DNA of 64,000 bases, from contig JBNZDD010013721.1 in assembly GCA_050575255.1 (NCBI GenBank), positions 9,761,372 through 9,825,371 of the forward strand, in the 5' to 3' direction. Below are positions 38,022 to 49,374 of this stretch, one piece after another. The position numbers and the translations under genes were made by a program. The stretch's first letter is position 1; every line of letters begins with the position of its first letter. The notes beneath the pieces are model-generated. The model was given only the letters and a program-made list of their open reading frames with translations. It searched no databases and was not told where the DNA came from. This DNA comes from Harriotta raleighana. Its lineage: Eukaryota.

Positions 38022-39065
38022 TTGACTCCAGCATACTGTGCATCTCAATTGCAAAGCTTTCTTCAAACAAAGTGAATCAAAATTAGAGCGGCGCTTAATC
38101 ACAAATGACAAATATCCTGACTGTTAGATCGACATAGATGGTATCCCATGTGACTTTGGATGCAATTATTTTCACTGGGACTTTCATTAACTCGATCATC
38201 AAGACTAAATGATTGCACCAGATCAGTTTGTGAGCTACACAGAGAATTGGATGTCCTGGAGAGATGGTTTCGTTTTTCTTTCAATATTAAAAACCATTAA
38301 GGAGTTAAAAAGCGCGTCAGGCACTATTATCGAAGGGTGTTTTAAAACTGAAGTGGGGATCTGAAATGAAAAAAAAACCTTCATTGGAGGCTTTGCAAGC
38401 TTGCCGAGAGGACAGGATTTGGCTTGGCGAGCTCACTCATTATAGGATGCTTTCAATGGCCAAATTGAAGGATGTTTTATAATCCAGATTTACAGTTTTC
38501 AGCCATCATTTATTTTTTCAAGGAGTCGAGGGAATCGGTATCTGGACCTAACAGAGCGAGATAGCAGCGGGGAAATCTGCAGGGAGTTGTGATGCAGGAA
38601 ATCTAAGTTGGGCTGACTCTTATGCGCTTCAGCATAAAAATCATGGCATGTGTAATTAAAAAATGTGTATGAAGAATAAGCATCCAATTCACGCAGTTCA
38701 CACTGAAGCGGGTGCAGCTGAATGTGGGATATTTCTAATTGACTCTCAGCGATGATTATTGAAAGCAAAGGGGTTTGAAATGTGTAAATGCCCCCACACT
38801 ACCTCGCTTGTGCCTGCCTGACTGATGGGAAATATGGAAGCCAATCATTTGGCTTTGAAGAATGAAGCAGAGCGGTGAAAAATGTAAATCAATCCATTTT
38901 CCTTGCAAGATGTTAGGGGCTGACTTGATGTTCTCAATTATAAGTCCAGTATTCAGTTTCAAACGCTGACCTTTGGATAGCGTGCGGTGGGTATTGAGGC
39001 ATCATCACTCAGGACTACCTTGGATGCCTTGGGGACTTGGGATCGGGAATGTTAAACTGTTAGGT

Positions 39066-39350
39066 ATAATAATAGAATAATAATAACAATCCTTTCATTT
39101 GATAACAAAAAATCACATTGTCTTCTCATGTCGTCAGAAAGTCTCAAAGTGCTTCACGAGGTCTTTCTGTATTNGTCTTTCTGCACAGGTCTTTCTGCAC
39201 AGACTTATGGGTGTATTTTTGTAAGCGAATGACGCAGCTAGTTTTCACACAACAGTGTCACCGAATGTTTTTGAGAGTNTGCTTCACGAGGTCTTTCTGT
39301 ATTTTTGTAAGCGAATGACGCAGCTAGTTTTCACACAACAGTGTCACTGA
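39066..39350 (-). mobile_element. Family A SINE 3' part, fragmented by haplotype joins (n at 39174 and 39279)
   Basis: aataataacaatcctttcatttgata...gtctcaaagtgcttcac. Confidence 0.7.
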
Positions 39351-40189
39351 ATGTTTTTGAGAGTGCTACCAACACACCTTTCGCGAATTTCAGAGACTGA
39401 CAGGACTCCAGAAACAGAAGTTGTGTGTTGTTCTGTGGAATATTAGTGGGTTGCTGCTTGTTAGCATAGTAGTTGTTGTTACAAGCACCTAATAGCTGGT
39501 CACCAACATATTAATTCAAAGGGGCATGTGTCACTTGAGCACATGTCAAGGATGCGATAATATTGCACACAGTTTCAGGTAAGTTGTTTTCATAATCCTT
39601 AAGTGTTTAGCATTTCTAAAGGAAATGAGGTGAAACTAAAAAGGGGAACATAAATATTTCTTGATAAACTTGATAAGAAACGTTGGAGTGGGGGTGTTGG
39701 GGTGAGGTGTGGGATCATTATTGAGTATAGCTTAATTGTAAAGCTGGAGAAAAGCACATTGCACTTGAAAACATTTGCTCTGACGCACTCGCTTGCCTGT
39801 TTGCTGCGCATTGCCTGGAGATCCCTTTGCTCCCTCCTCACCCTGATCCATAAGTCTGTGCTGCAATTCTCACACACGGGCTTACAGTAGTACTATATCC
39901 CTCTCAGCATGGCTATATTTCGCAACACACAGCAGACAACTATTATTTTGGCATCTTTCTCAGGGGCGTACTGCAACATTCCCTCAAGAGTGGTACAAAC
40001 AGAGGAGCAAGCTCTGCTTAAGACTCACACAAGTCTCCTTAATTAATGCCCTGGCAGCTCTCTGTGTGCCTGGTTGTAATGTATTTTGGGCTGGATTGGC
40101 AGATTATTTGTTTGTGTCGTGAGCCTCGCTGCCATTGCATATCCCATTGGTGCCAATCAGTCATCCCATCCAATCTGCTTTCCCCAGTG

Positions 40190-40325
40190 AAGAAGAAGAA
40201 GAATGATAATCCGTGCATTTGATATAGCGGTTTTCACGTCTTCTAGACATCTCAACGCGCTTCACAGAATGTACTGTAAAGTGAGTTGACTGTATACTTG
40301 TGGGCGAAATGCGGCAGCCAATTGA
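40190..40325 (-). mobile_element. Family A SINE 3' half
   Basis: tgcatttgatatagcggttttcacgtcttctagacatctcaacgcgcttcacagaatgtactgtaaagtgagttgactgtat. Confidence 0.9.
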
Positions 40326-40560
40326 ATGAGCTCCGATAGTCCAGGTGGATGACTAATGGTGGGTGAATGTTGGGCATCTAGTGTTCACACGCATGTTCAT
40401 AGTCACATTTCTGTTTGAATGCTGATCGACTCATAAAATATTAGTAGTTTCCTTTTGGAGACGAGGGAATAAGGTAATAGGACGGAGGCTCACGTGAAGT
40501 GTGAATGGCAACACAGACTAGTTGGGCCAAATGTGAATGCATGTACTGGGAGAAAACATC

Positions 40561-41277
40561 AAAACAACACAATGAGCCAAGAGTGAATGCTGCAAAGAAG
40601 CATCAAGTTGTCAAGAGTTGCTCAGAGCTGGACATAGATTTGATGTCTCAGGTTGAAGAGAAATATGTGATAACAACAAAAATTACACTTGCATAGTGCC
40701 TCTCATGTCAGGAAGACATCCCACATGATAGCCACATAGATAGAAATTCTATCTTTATTTGGATAACCAGAAATTTGGGGTAAAGTATAAGCTGATGCTT
40801 GCTTCCGTCAGCATTATAAAACGCAGGCGTTTCCTGGAAACAGACACTGTATTATTTAAAGAACTGCTTTATCTTATTTCATACGCTCACAGATTGGTGG
40901 CTTTGATAATTGGTACATATTTCAGGTTATATCTGACATGTAATATTCTATATGCTTGCCTCCTGGACCGTGGTTGGTTCAGCATGTTTCTGCCATGGTG
41001 TAAGTTGACATGTTTGCTAGCGATGGATCCATTCCTTTAAGCTGTTGGTGAAGAAAGGTGCAACAGACATAAGCCAGATGTGGGCAGCATATTCGACAGC
41101 TTCATGGGCCGACAAAGCCAAGGCTGTATAAAATGTCCCAGAATGGGGTGAAAACATTTTATAGGGTGAAAAACAACACAATGAGCCAAGAGTGAACGTT
41201 GTGAAGAAACGTCAACTTCTAAGGGTTGCTCAGAGCAGGACATGGATTTGATGTCTAAGGTTGAAGAAAAATGTGTG
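40561..41277 (+). repeat. Diverged ~108-bp direct repeat pair (40561-40669 and 41170-41277)
   Basis: Both start AAAACAACACAATGAGCCAAGAGTGAA and share GTTGCTCAGAGC and GATTTGATGTCT-AGGTTGAAGA. Confidence 0.9.
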
Positions 41278-43586
41278 TTTCTTATTTTAAGGTTCAGAGA
41301 GGGAATGTGTCACAGAGTTCTTTTCAAGCAACATTCCTTGAACATATGTTGACCTAATTTTTTTCTAAAACAATAACCAAGACCTCAATCGCCTTTTTGT
41401 TTTGTAAAACTTTCCAGTTTTTTTTCAATGCACTAATGGTTTAAATTACCCCCTACCCCCGCCCCTGCCCCCCCCCCCCCCCACACACACACACAAAATA
41501 GCCTGGCTTGTAGTCAAGAGGTTTTATACTTCTGGGAATACAGTGCGTATCAGATTGAATTAACGTTTGTTAATGTTGGCACAGAGCAAAAGGCAACCTC
41601 AGCAGTACCAATATCCACTGATCACTCAGCTGAAGTAATAAATTGCAATGGGGTCCATGAATGCGTCGATCTATCACATCTGACCCTGCAGCGTTTCAAA
41701 GGTCAATTCATTTTTTCCTTCCATGTTTTGAACCTGTTGCAATTGAGGCAGTAATTCTGTAGGTGGCTGCTTTTAACACATTATCTGCTTTGGATGGCAT
41801 TAAATGCTCTTGCTGCTAACTGCAGTATTTATAGATAAAGAGAGGATTCCCCGGCTTTGTACTAGTTCCAGTCAGAAATGTACAGGGCTTATAATAATAT
41901 TTTTCTCCCAACTTTATGGATAGGTTCTGTCTTGATTCCCCCCATTGACAAGCATTTGGCAATATGATGCCTGCGTATTTTACTAGGGCTTTGTTTCAGA
42001 ACATGCTTGAGGGGTAAAGGACAAGAGAGCTCTGTGTGTCTTCCCAATCATATGCTGGCCGTTTGCCTTTTTTTGTTCTCATCGTCTTTGTCGAATACTA
42101 TTCCAGCGGATTGTCGATCTCTGCCGCATGGTAACTGGTCCTTTCGCTTGCATTGCTTTAGTAAAATTACTACCACAATTGCAATGTGTATCCACAGATT
42201 ACATTGGTCATTCTGTCAAGCCGTTAGTCGATCAAAGATGCATCAAATGATAAACGGACTGCTGTGAACAGCAGTTACATGTTATATAATGGACTGATGA
42301 TAACACTATGCATTGCTTACATAGTTCTTACTCTCTAATTGGAACTGGCCATTTACTAAAGTGATTCTGAGGTACTCTGTTTAAATTCGCACATAAGCAC
42401 ATGGCGTAATCATCCAGCTGCAGCCCACGCAAGCCTGTTAAGAGGCTTTCTGTGTTAGTTTACCCTCTTTGGAAGAAAGGTCTGAAACACATTACCCATT
42501 ACAGATTTAAGATTCATGGGCACAGCTGTATATAACTCACAGCAACTGCAATACTTCCTAACAGGATTGCCTAGTAATGAAGGGACCCAGAAGCATGTTA
42601 CTTCTTCATCTCACAGGAATCTGCCTTCAGAACAGAGCTGCTTTGAATTGGTGGGATGTCCTTCTGGTTTTTTCCAAAGGAATACTTACTTGGGTTTCTT
42701 ATCGAGGCATCCCACTGTAGAATGGACCCCAATGTCGATTTCTAAAGGGATGAACCGAAATGTTTTATTGGCTATTTCAGTCCTTTCCTAAAGGCCAATT
42801 TCTATGCCTTTCCCACTTGATTGGAGTTAGTGCTTTTGCAGCGGATAATGTCGCCGGCATGTTTCAAGGTGTTCACGCAGTTCTTGCGAAGTTGATGGTA
42901 ATCGCTTTTGCCATTTTATTGTGTCTTTCGTGTCCACTCACACACATCCCCCCGCCATTTACAGAGCCCACTTTAACTAAACAGGTCGTAGATCTAACCT
43001 ACATTCACAGAATAATTGCAGTGCTATTCCAAAACGTCCAGCAATTTATATTTCTCCACCCACCCCCACAAAGTGAACTTTAACAGTTCCTGGCTCATGA
43101 AAAGGGTACTTCATGTACAAAATCGTAGGCTTATTTGCCGCAAAGTTTTTTGAAGAAAAATACCCTGAATAGAGTGCATTTTAATGTTCCTTTCAACATT
43201 ACTGTACAAGCATCGGACTCAGTTGGCAGCAGAGGTTATTTGACTTGTGGTTTCATTGATTTTTTGTGGCTTCTATTTTTCTTGAGCAACAGCAGTGAGC
43301 TGGGTGATTTTTACATTGTGGAGTTTCGTGAGAATGCAGTAGGAAGAGCTCATTGGTATTCAGCCAGCGTCCCTGTCTGTGTAACTAGCTTGTAGCTATT
43401 GTACTCTGCCGAATCGTTTGTTGTGGATTAATTTTGTTGACTGAATTCAGTGGAGCAGGTTTGTGAAAAGATTGAACTTTGTCAGGCACTTGCTTTGGCC
43501 GTGTTACTCAAATAGGGCGATAAAAACTGAAATCTTCCATTTGGTATTCCAATGAAATTCTGCGTTTCTTCTTGGAGCACATAAAA

Positions 43587-44454
43587 GGTGGTGGGGGTGG
43601 TGGGGGGGTGGGAAAGGCGTGAGTATTATTGAAGAAGTGTCTTTTAAACATCGCTGGTATGATGCACCACCGGCCTCTGAATAAAAATGGTCCCATTACC
43701 AGGATTATTTTCCAGGATGAATAATGCTGCAATGTTCCTAGACTGGCAAGCGTTTATATAATGAAGTGCTTTACAAACTGGATTGCGAATAATGTTGTGT
43801 AGGTGTTCCTCAGCATTCCACGTGAACTGGAGAGAGGCTGTTGTTGCTTCACAATGCGCCCCAACCCCCCCCCCCCCCCCCCCCCCCCCCNNNNNCCCCC
43901 CCCCCCCCCCCCCTCCGCACACACAACCACACTCCCCCGCCCCCATCCCATCCCAACATTATCTTGAATAACAGACCAGACATTGCATGCCTCCATTATG
44001 AATGGATAGCGACGTTAAAATAAATGGCTCTCATTATCTTTTCCAGTAATTGGTATTTTGGCTGGTGGTAGGGTGTGTTGGGGGGGGGGGGGCTGGGGGT
44101 GGGAGTAGTTGTTCATTATAAGCTTGCTTGAAGTGGATGCTGCATCCGTTTGGCAGATATTTTCAGTGGGAAGCACACAGTTTGTAAAAGCTGCAGAGGC
44201 AGCAAGATGATGCAACAGTACAATGCAATATTACAATGTTCCCATCTGACTCCACAATATTTGTGATTGGAACAATTTTTAAAGGGAAGCCGAAGCAGAT
44301 TTTTTTTTGCAGAAAGACTGTTATTTTGAGTGGGTGGGTGGGGTGGGGCGGGGGGGAAATGGACAATTTTCTATTCTCCACAATATTCCTTTTCTAAAAC
44401 AAAAACTGCCAATGAAACAATCAGACATTTGTATAAACTAACCCCCTCACCCAC

Positions 44455-44510
<56 letters not shown>
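43587..44510. repeat. Cluster of poly-G and poly-C tracts
   Basis: G-rich at 43587-43617, 44060-44105 and 44332-44356; C-rich at 43859-43955 and 44442-44510; lengths unreliable because n's fall in or at the C runs. Confidence 0.85.
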
Positions 44511-45002
44511 NTCCCATCGTGTTGGTTAGGCTGAGAAAAGATGAAATCGGCAAATGGAAAGAAGCAAATGGTTATTCCCCAGCTGCAGCAAACGCAGGAT
44601 TACATCCAGGATTTAATGCACTTACTTTCCTGGGAAAAAATTAACAGCGCACCTAATAAAAATGCAAATCCTCACTCGTACAACCTGGAATGGTTATGAC
44701 CCCCATGTACAAAGTAAAGGGGCATAGAATTAATGCAGAGACTTATCAAGTTGTTCTTATCAGCACATTGCTTTTAATTAGCTCAATTCAAGATGCCAGG
44801 AAATCCTAGATAGCCAATTGGGTGGGAATGGGGACGAGGGAGAGATTAATGCAATGTGTTTCATGTAAACCTGCAATTTTACATGCCAGTCATTAAAAAT
44901 ACATTTTTTTTTTTAAATGTGTTGTGTACATTGTAACTCCACAATGGCTAAAACCTGTTTAACTGAGAAGATCACAGGAATGCTAAACTTGATCATTTGA
45001 TC

Positions 45003-45304
45003 ACAGCCTGCTCCATGTCTCCCGCCCGACCCAACCTACCATCTACAGCCAGGCTTTCAGCCTTTCTGCCTCCAGCCTTTAGAATTCCATCCCCTCGCCT
45101 TGCTCCTTCCCTTGCCTCGTCCTTCCAAGACACGACTGAAGACCCTCTCTTTTGACCATTCCTTCAGCTACCTTACTACCTGTCTGCCCTCCCTTATCCC
45201 AACCTGCCCTCACGCACTCGGGTCCTGACCCCTAACTGTTTAGCGTCTTGTGACGTCCTCCCGACATGAAAGGTGCTTTACAAATGTAAGTTTGTTATTG
45301 TTGT
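45003..45304 (+). mobile_element. L2 LINE 3' end
   Basis: cctgctccatgtc...gctttcagcctttctgcc...ctgaagaccctctcttttgacc (LKTLSFD), tail gacgtcctcccgacatgaaaggtgctttacaaatgtaagtttgttattgttg. Confidence 0.88.
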
Positions 45305-46019
45305 ACAGGAGAACCAACTGGTTAGATATTTATGGCAGTATACTGAATACCATAACCAGTCAAAAATGTTAGTTTAACAGTAACACTTATATTATTGTGA
45401 ACTCAAGGTCCCAGGTGGTTATATAAAAATAGACTTCCTTTAAGTATGCTGAAGTTCACAAGGTGATAAGGTAATTTCAGATAAAGAAGTCTATTTGACC
45501 CATTTGATTTCATCCTTCCAAAATACCAATCGCCTTGTTTTATCATTGATTACCCAGAACCTGCCCCCTCTTTTGCCTTCGTGAATCTAAAAGTATTATT
45601 AGAGCTTTACACTCTCTATCCCATTAAGCATGTTATATGCCCATATAAGTTCCCTTCTGAGACATCACTTTTCAAGGCTGATCCCAGCTTATGATCACAA
45701 CAAAGATTTGGGTATTTTAAATTTTTCCTTTACTCCCTTTATATCTTTCTGAGGTGTAATCACCCAAATCTTTGGCAGTCTCAAAGGTTTCACCTCTTTG
45801 GATCTTGTCTCCCCTCTCTCTAATCCATTTGAGTTTAGTTCAATCTATCTTACTCTCCAATGCTACTACTTAAAGTCCACATCAGACAATTCAGTTGATG
45901 GAACTTAGCCTTATTCAGTTTATTTTCTTTTTACAAAGTCTCTGGGTTATCTCTGTCTGTATGTCCAGAATATGTATTAATATACTGTATTGTTCAAAAC
46001 TATATACTGCATTAATACA

Positions 46020-46465
46020 TTGTTTCAAAGAGCCAGCACAGACTCTATGAGCTGAATGACCTCTTTCTGCTCTATACATTTTTTTTGCTTCTATAGCCTT
46101 ATGAAGTTGAGACATCTCAAAGTGTTTCACAGAGTTATTATTTCAAGAATTGAAGCTACTGTGTATTTGTAGGGCACTTATGTCCAGCAAATAGCTAGGA
46201 GGTGAATGAACAATTTAACTGGAAGACACAGTTTGTTGGCCAAGAATCCTTTTCAACACAGTGCCATCAGAATTTTTACATCTACCAGGGAGGACTCACT
46301 CCACCCAAAGTCCCCGCTCAGTTCAATGTCTTCACAGCATTGTACTCCCCAAATACTGCATTGGAGTATCAGCCGTGGAAAGCATGATCTCCAATTCCCT
46401 GGCATGAGTCTTGAACTCACAACTTACGGACTCCAGACTACAGTGTTATCAGTTTAGCCACACTC
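46020..46465. mobile_element. CR1 3' tail (+, 46020-46082) abutting an old Deu-SINE (-, 46095-46465)
   Basis: agagccagcacagactctatgagctgaatgacctc; then gacatctcaaagtgtttcac...cagtgccatcagaatttttacatctacc...atactgcattggagtatcagcc...cttgaactcacaac. Confidence 0.65.
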
Positions 46466-47684
46466 CTATATAGCCTTTTCCGTAGAAATCCTGTGTAAAA
46501 AAAATTCAGCCACTGTGTTCAATGTGTGCTGCAAAATTCTTGTAATGGATATGTTTCCAGGGCCGTGCAGAATGTAACTTAATGGTTCCTTTTAGTTTTA
46601 TCAAGCATTCAGTACAACCCATTTGTTGCAATTGCTATCTATCTATCTTTCTCTCCCTGAACCACCTCCAGGTTATTTCTGCAATCTGACGCTGAATGAA
46701 CTTACATTCTAGCACTTTTCTCAGCCTGCCAAACCGAAGACCAGAAATTATGCCTAATGGCTTTCATCAAAGAGCAAATTCTCCACCTTTCCTGCCTGAG
46801 ATGAACCTTTTGCTAAGTGCTCAGTGAGACACACACACAAAAAAATACTTTTAACTTTCGGACAAAGGGAAATGTTATATCTTACACGACACTAAACATT
46901 GCTGCCATAATATCTTGCCAAATGACACTGGGTGACATGATTTTTTTCATTAAACACCTCTTGTCAGCAAATTATCGACTGGAGGCTTCAACTGGAGACT
47001 AACATCAATCAGCCAAATGAAAGCAGGTTAAACTCTTGTTCAAAATTTCAACATGTATTTTCTACAAAGTTGCTTGGGGTAAGATCTGAATGGAACAAAC
47101 AAGATCTGTATGGAACAAGCCACGTTAAGCACTTGGAGCTTGTGCTCTCAGTACTGACCCACCATGCAACAACAACAACAACTTACGTTTAATTGGCACC
47201 CTTCACACTAGGTAGTGTCCCGGGATGATGGGGGGTGGCTGTTAACAGTGGCAAATTCTGATGCTGAGCTAGGGGGAGAGGGGAGTGGTGAGTGTTGGAG
47301 GACAGTGTATTTTCCACACAGCCACAACAAGAGATCATTTATTGGGAGCTTTGCTGTCAATTGGACNTGGTGGGGGGTGGCTGTTAACAGTGGCAAATTC
47401 TGATGCTGAGCTAGGGGGAGAGGGAGTGGTGAGTGTTGGAGGACAGTGTATTTTCCGCACAGCCACAACAAGAGATCATTTATTGGGAGCTTTGCTGTCA
47501 ATTGGACTAACTTTAATATAGATTTAACGCTTCATCCTCACTAGCTTTTTATAAGGGAGGAAGAAGAACACTGGGCCCATTAGGTGCACCCAACCGTCAG
47601 AAGAAAAATGCCTCAGATCCAGCACGGACAATGGTGTGTTTTCCTCGGGACGCACTGAAACCTTTCACTGGTTTTCCTGCATTC

Positions 47685-47982
47685 TAATAATAATAATCGT
47701 TGCATTTGACAAAGCGCTTTGTACGTCTTTTAGACGTCTCAAGGCGCTTCACGGAATCTACTGTAAAGAGAATTGACTGTATATTTTTGTGGGCGAACAT
47801 GGCAGCCATTTGTGCACAGCAGTATCCCACATACAGTCATGGATTGAATTGACCAATTTTTTTTGGAGGGATTATTATTAGGCATGTGGAGTAAGGAAAC
47901 TTGTTGAAGGTTTGGCCCCCGCCTGGAACCCGGGTTTCTCGCTTGTAAGGTGAGTGCTCTAACCACTGATCTACAGCGTTCC
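47685..47982 (-). mobile_element. tRNA-derived SINE (family A, short form), full length
   Basis: Head CTGTAGATCAGTGGTTAGAGCACTCACCTTACAAGCGAGAAACCCGGGTTCC; Deu-like body; (TTA)n tail. Confidence 0.92.
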
Positions 47983-49063
47983 AGAAAGACGATTTTGGGG
48001 GTTTTGTTTTTGAGCTGGAAAATTGGCAGGAATATATATATATAAACACCACGTTAAGTATAGTCATCGCTGGACTGCATGAACAGCATAAAAAGCCGTG
48101 GAAATGCAAAGTGTAGGTTATTAAGATATCATCGTGACTGATGCAAGCATTTTTGAAGCCCTGTGATGGTTGCAGGACAATGATTTGACAGTGCAGATAA
48201 CTGGAAAATCTTCGTCGTAACACTATGCCAGTAATTGAATGCTGGGTGAGACTGTCAACACAATGAATTCATGAATATTAAGTAACTGTAACCAGCAAGG
48301 CAAAGGTTTCGAATATGAGAATGTGGTAGAAACGGAAAGAAATAACATGTGGCAGAAAGGAAACGACTTCAAATTGTTCGGTGTTTCCATTTGGAAAATA
48401 AAGCAAGTTGTCAAAGTGTATTAAGTTGTCACAAATAACACATTGAGCGATATTGAACTCTTAAGTCCCAATGAATGTGAAGAAGGTGTGCTATTAGAAC
48501 AGACAAAATCTTGTTTTCCCTCGAAGGCTTTGGAAAAACCAGCAAAGGGAGACTACTGCATAGTCCTGATAATTACTTGTGCTGCCTTGAAAATGTTATT
48601 GAAAAGCTGGAGGGAAATGTATATACTCTAAAATATCTAACAACAGCTTTTATTTGGATAGTCAAATGCAAGGATTATTATTATGGTTACGATTTATGTA
48701 GGATTTAATTCAGTCGCGACAATTCACCCAGAAGGAGAATTCGATTGCATTCATAAGATCCAAGCTCTCAACCCACTAACCTGTGTTTGGCACTTACTGG
48801 TATCTTGTGGGTCTACAGGAATGTCCCCAAGCCTCCTGTCTAGTGGATTCATAGTATTATTCTATTGATCTTATGGCTACTTAATCTACTGTTCTCCTGT
48901 GTACCTCGCTACACAATTGTGGCTCCTCATACTGTTTTAATGTTAAAATATGAAGTGATGAGATACAGGTTTGTCAAGGCTCTTAAATGTACAGCCAGGA
49001 AACAGAGTGGAGGAACCTTTTCGCATCACTAGTCCAGGAAAGGCGGTGGTGGAGAGGACAGGT

Positions 49064-49374
49064 GGTGTTCTGTGGCTCAGTGGTTAGAGCACTCGCCTTA
49101 CAAACGCGAGTCCTGTGTTTCAAATCCAGCCAGGTCAGGGCGAAACCTTGGGACAAGGTTCCTTACTTTACGCGCCTAATAATAATTCCTCCAAAAAAAA
49201 ACACAATATTAAAATTGGTCATTTCAATCCAGGACTTTATGTGGGACACTGCTGTGCGCAATTGGCTGCCCCGTTTCGCCCACAAATATACAGTCAATTC
49301 ACTTTACAGTACATTCTGTGAAGCGCTTTGAGACATCTAGAAGATGTGAAAAAGCATTATATCAAATGCAAGGA
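49064..49374 (+). mobile_element. tRNA-derived SINE (family A, short form), full length
   Basis: TGGCTCAGTGGTTAGAGCACTCGCCTTACAA...TTCAAATCC...CCTTGGGACAAGG...GTGAAGCGCTTTGAGAC...AAATGCAAGGA. Confidence 0.93.

Noticed and set aside
43644-44644. Poly-Gly and poly-Pro ORFs
   Set aside because: Translations of homopolymer tracts containing n's; no splice or homology support
49064-49135. tRNA gene with TAC anticodon
   Set aside because: No acceptor-stem 3' half; runs straight into a SINE body repeated across the window
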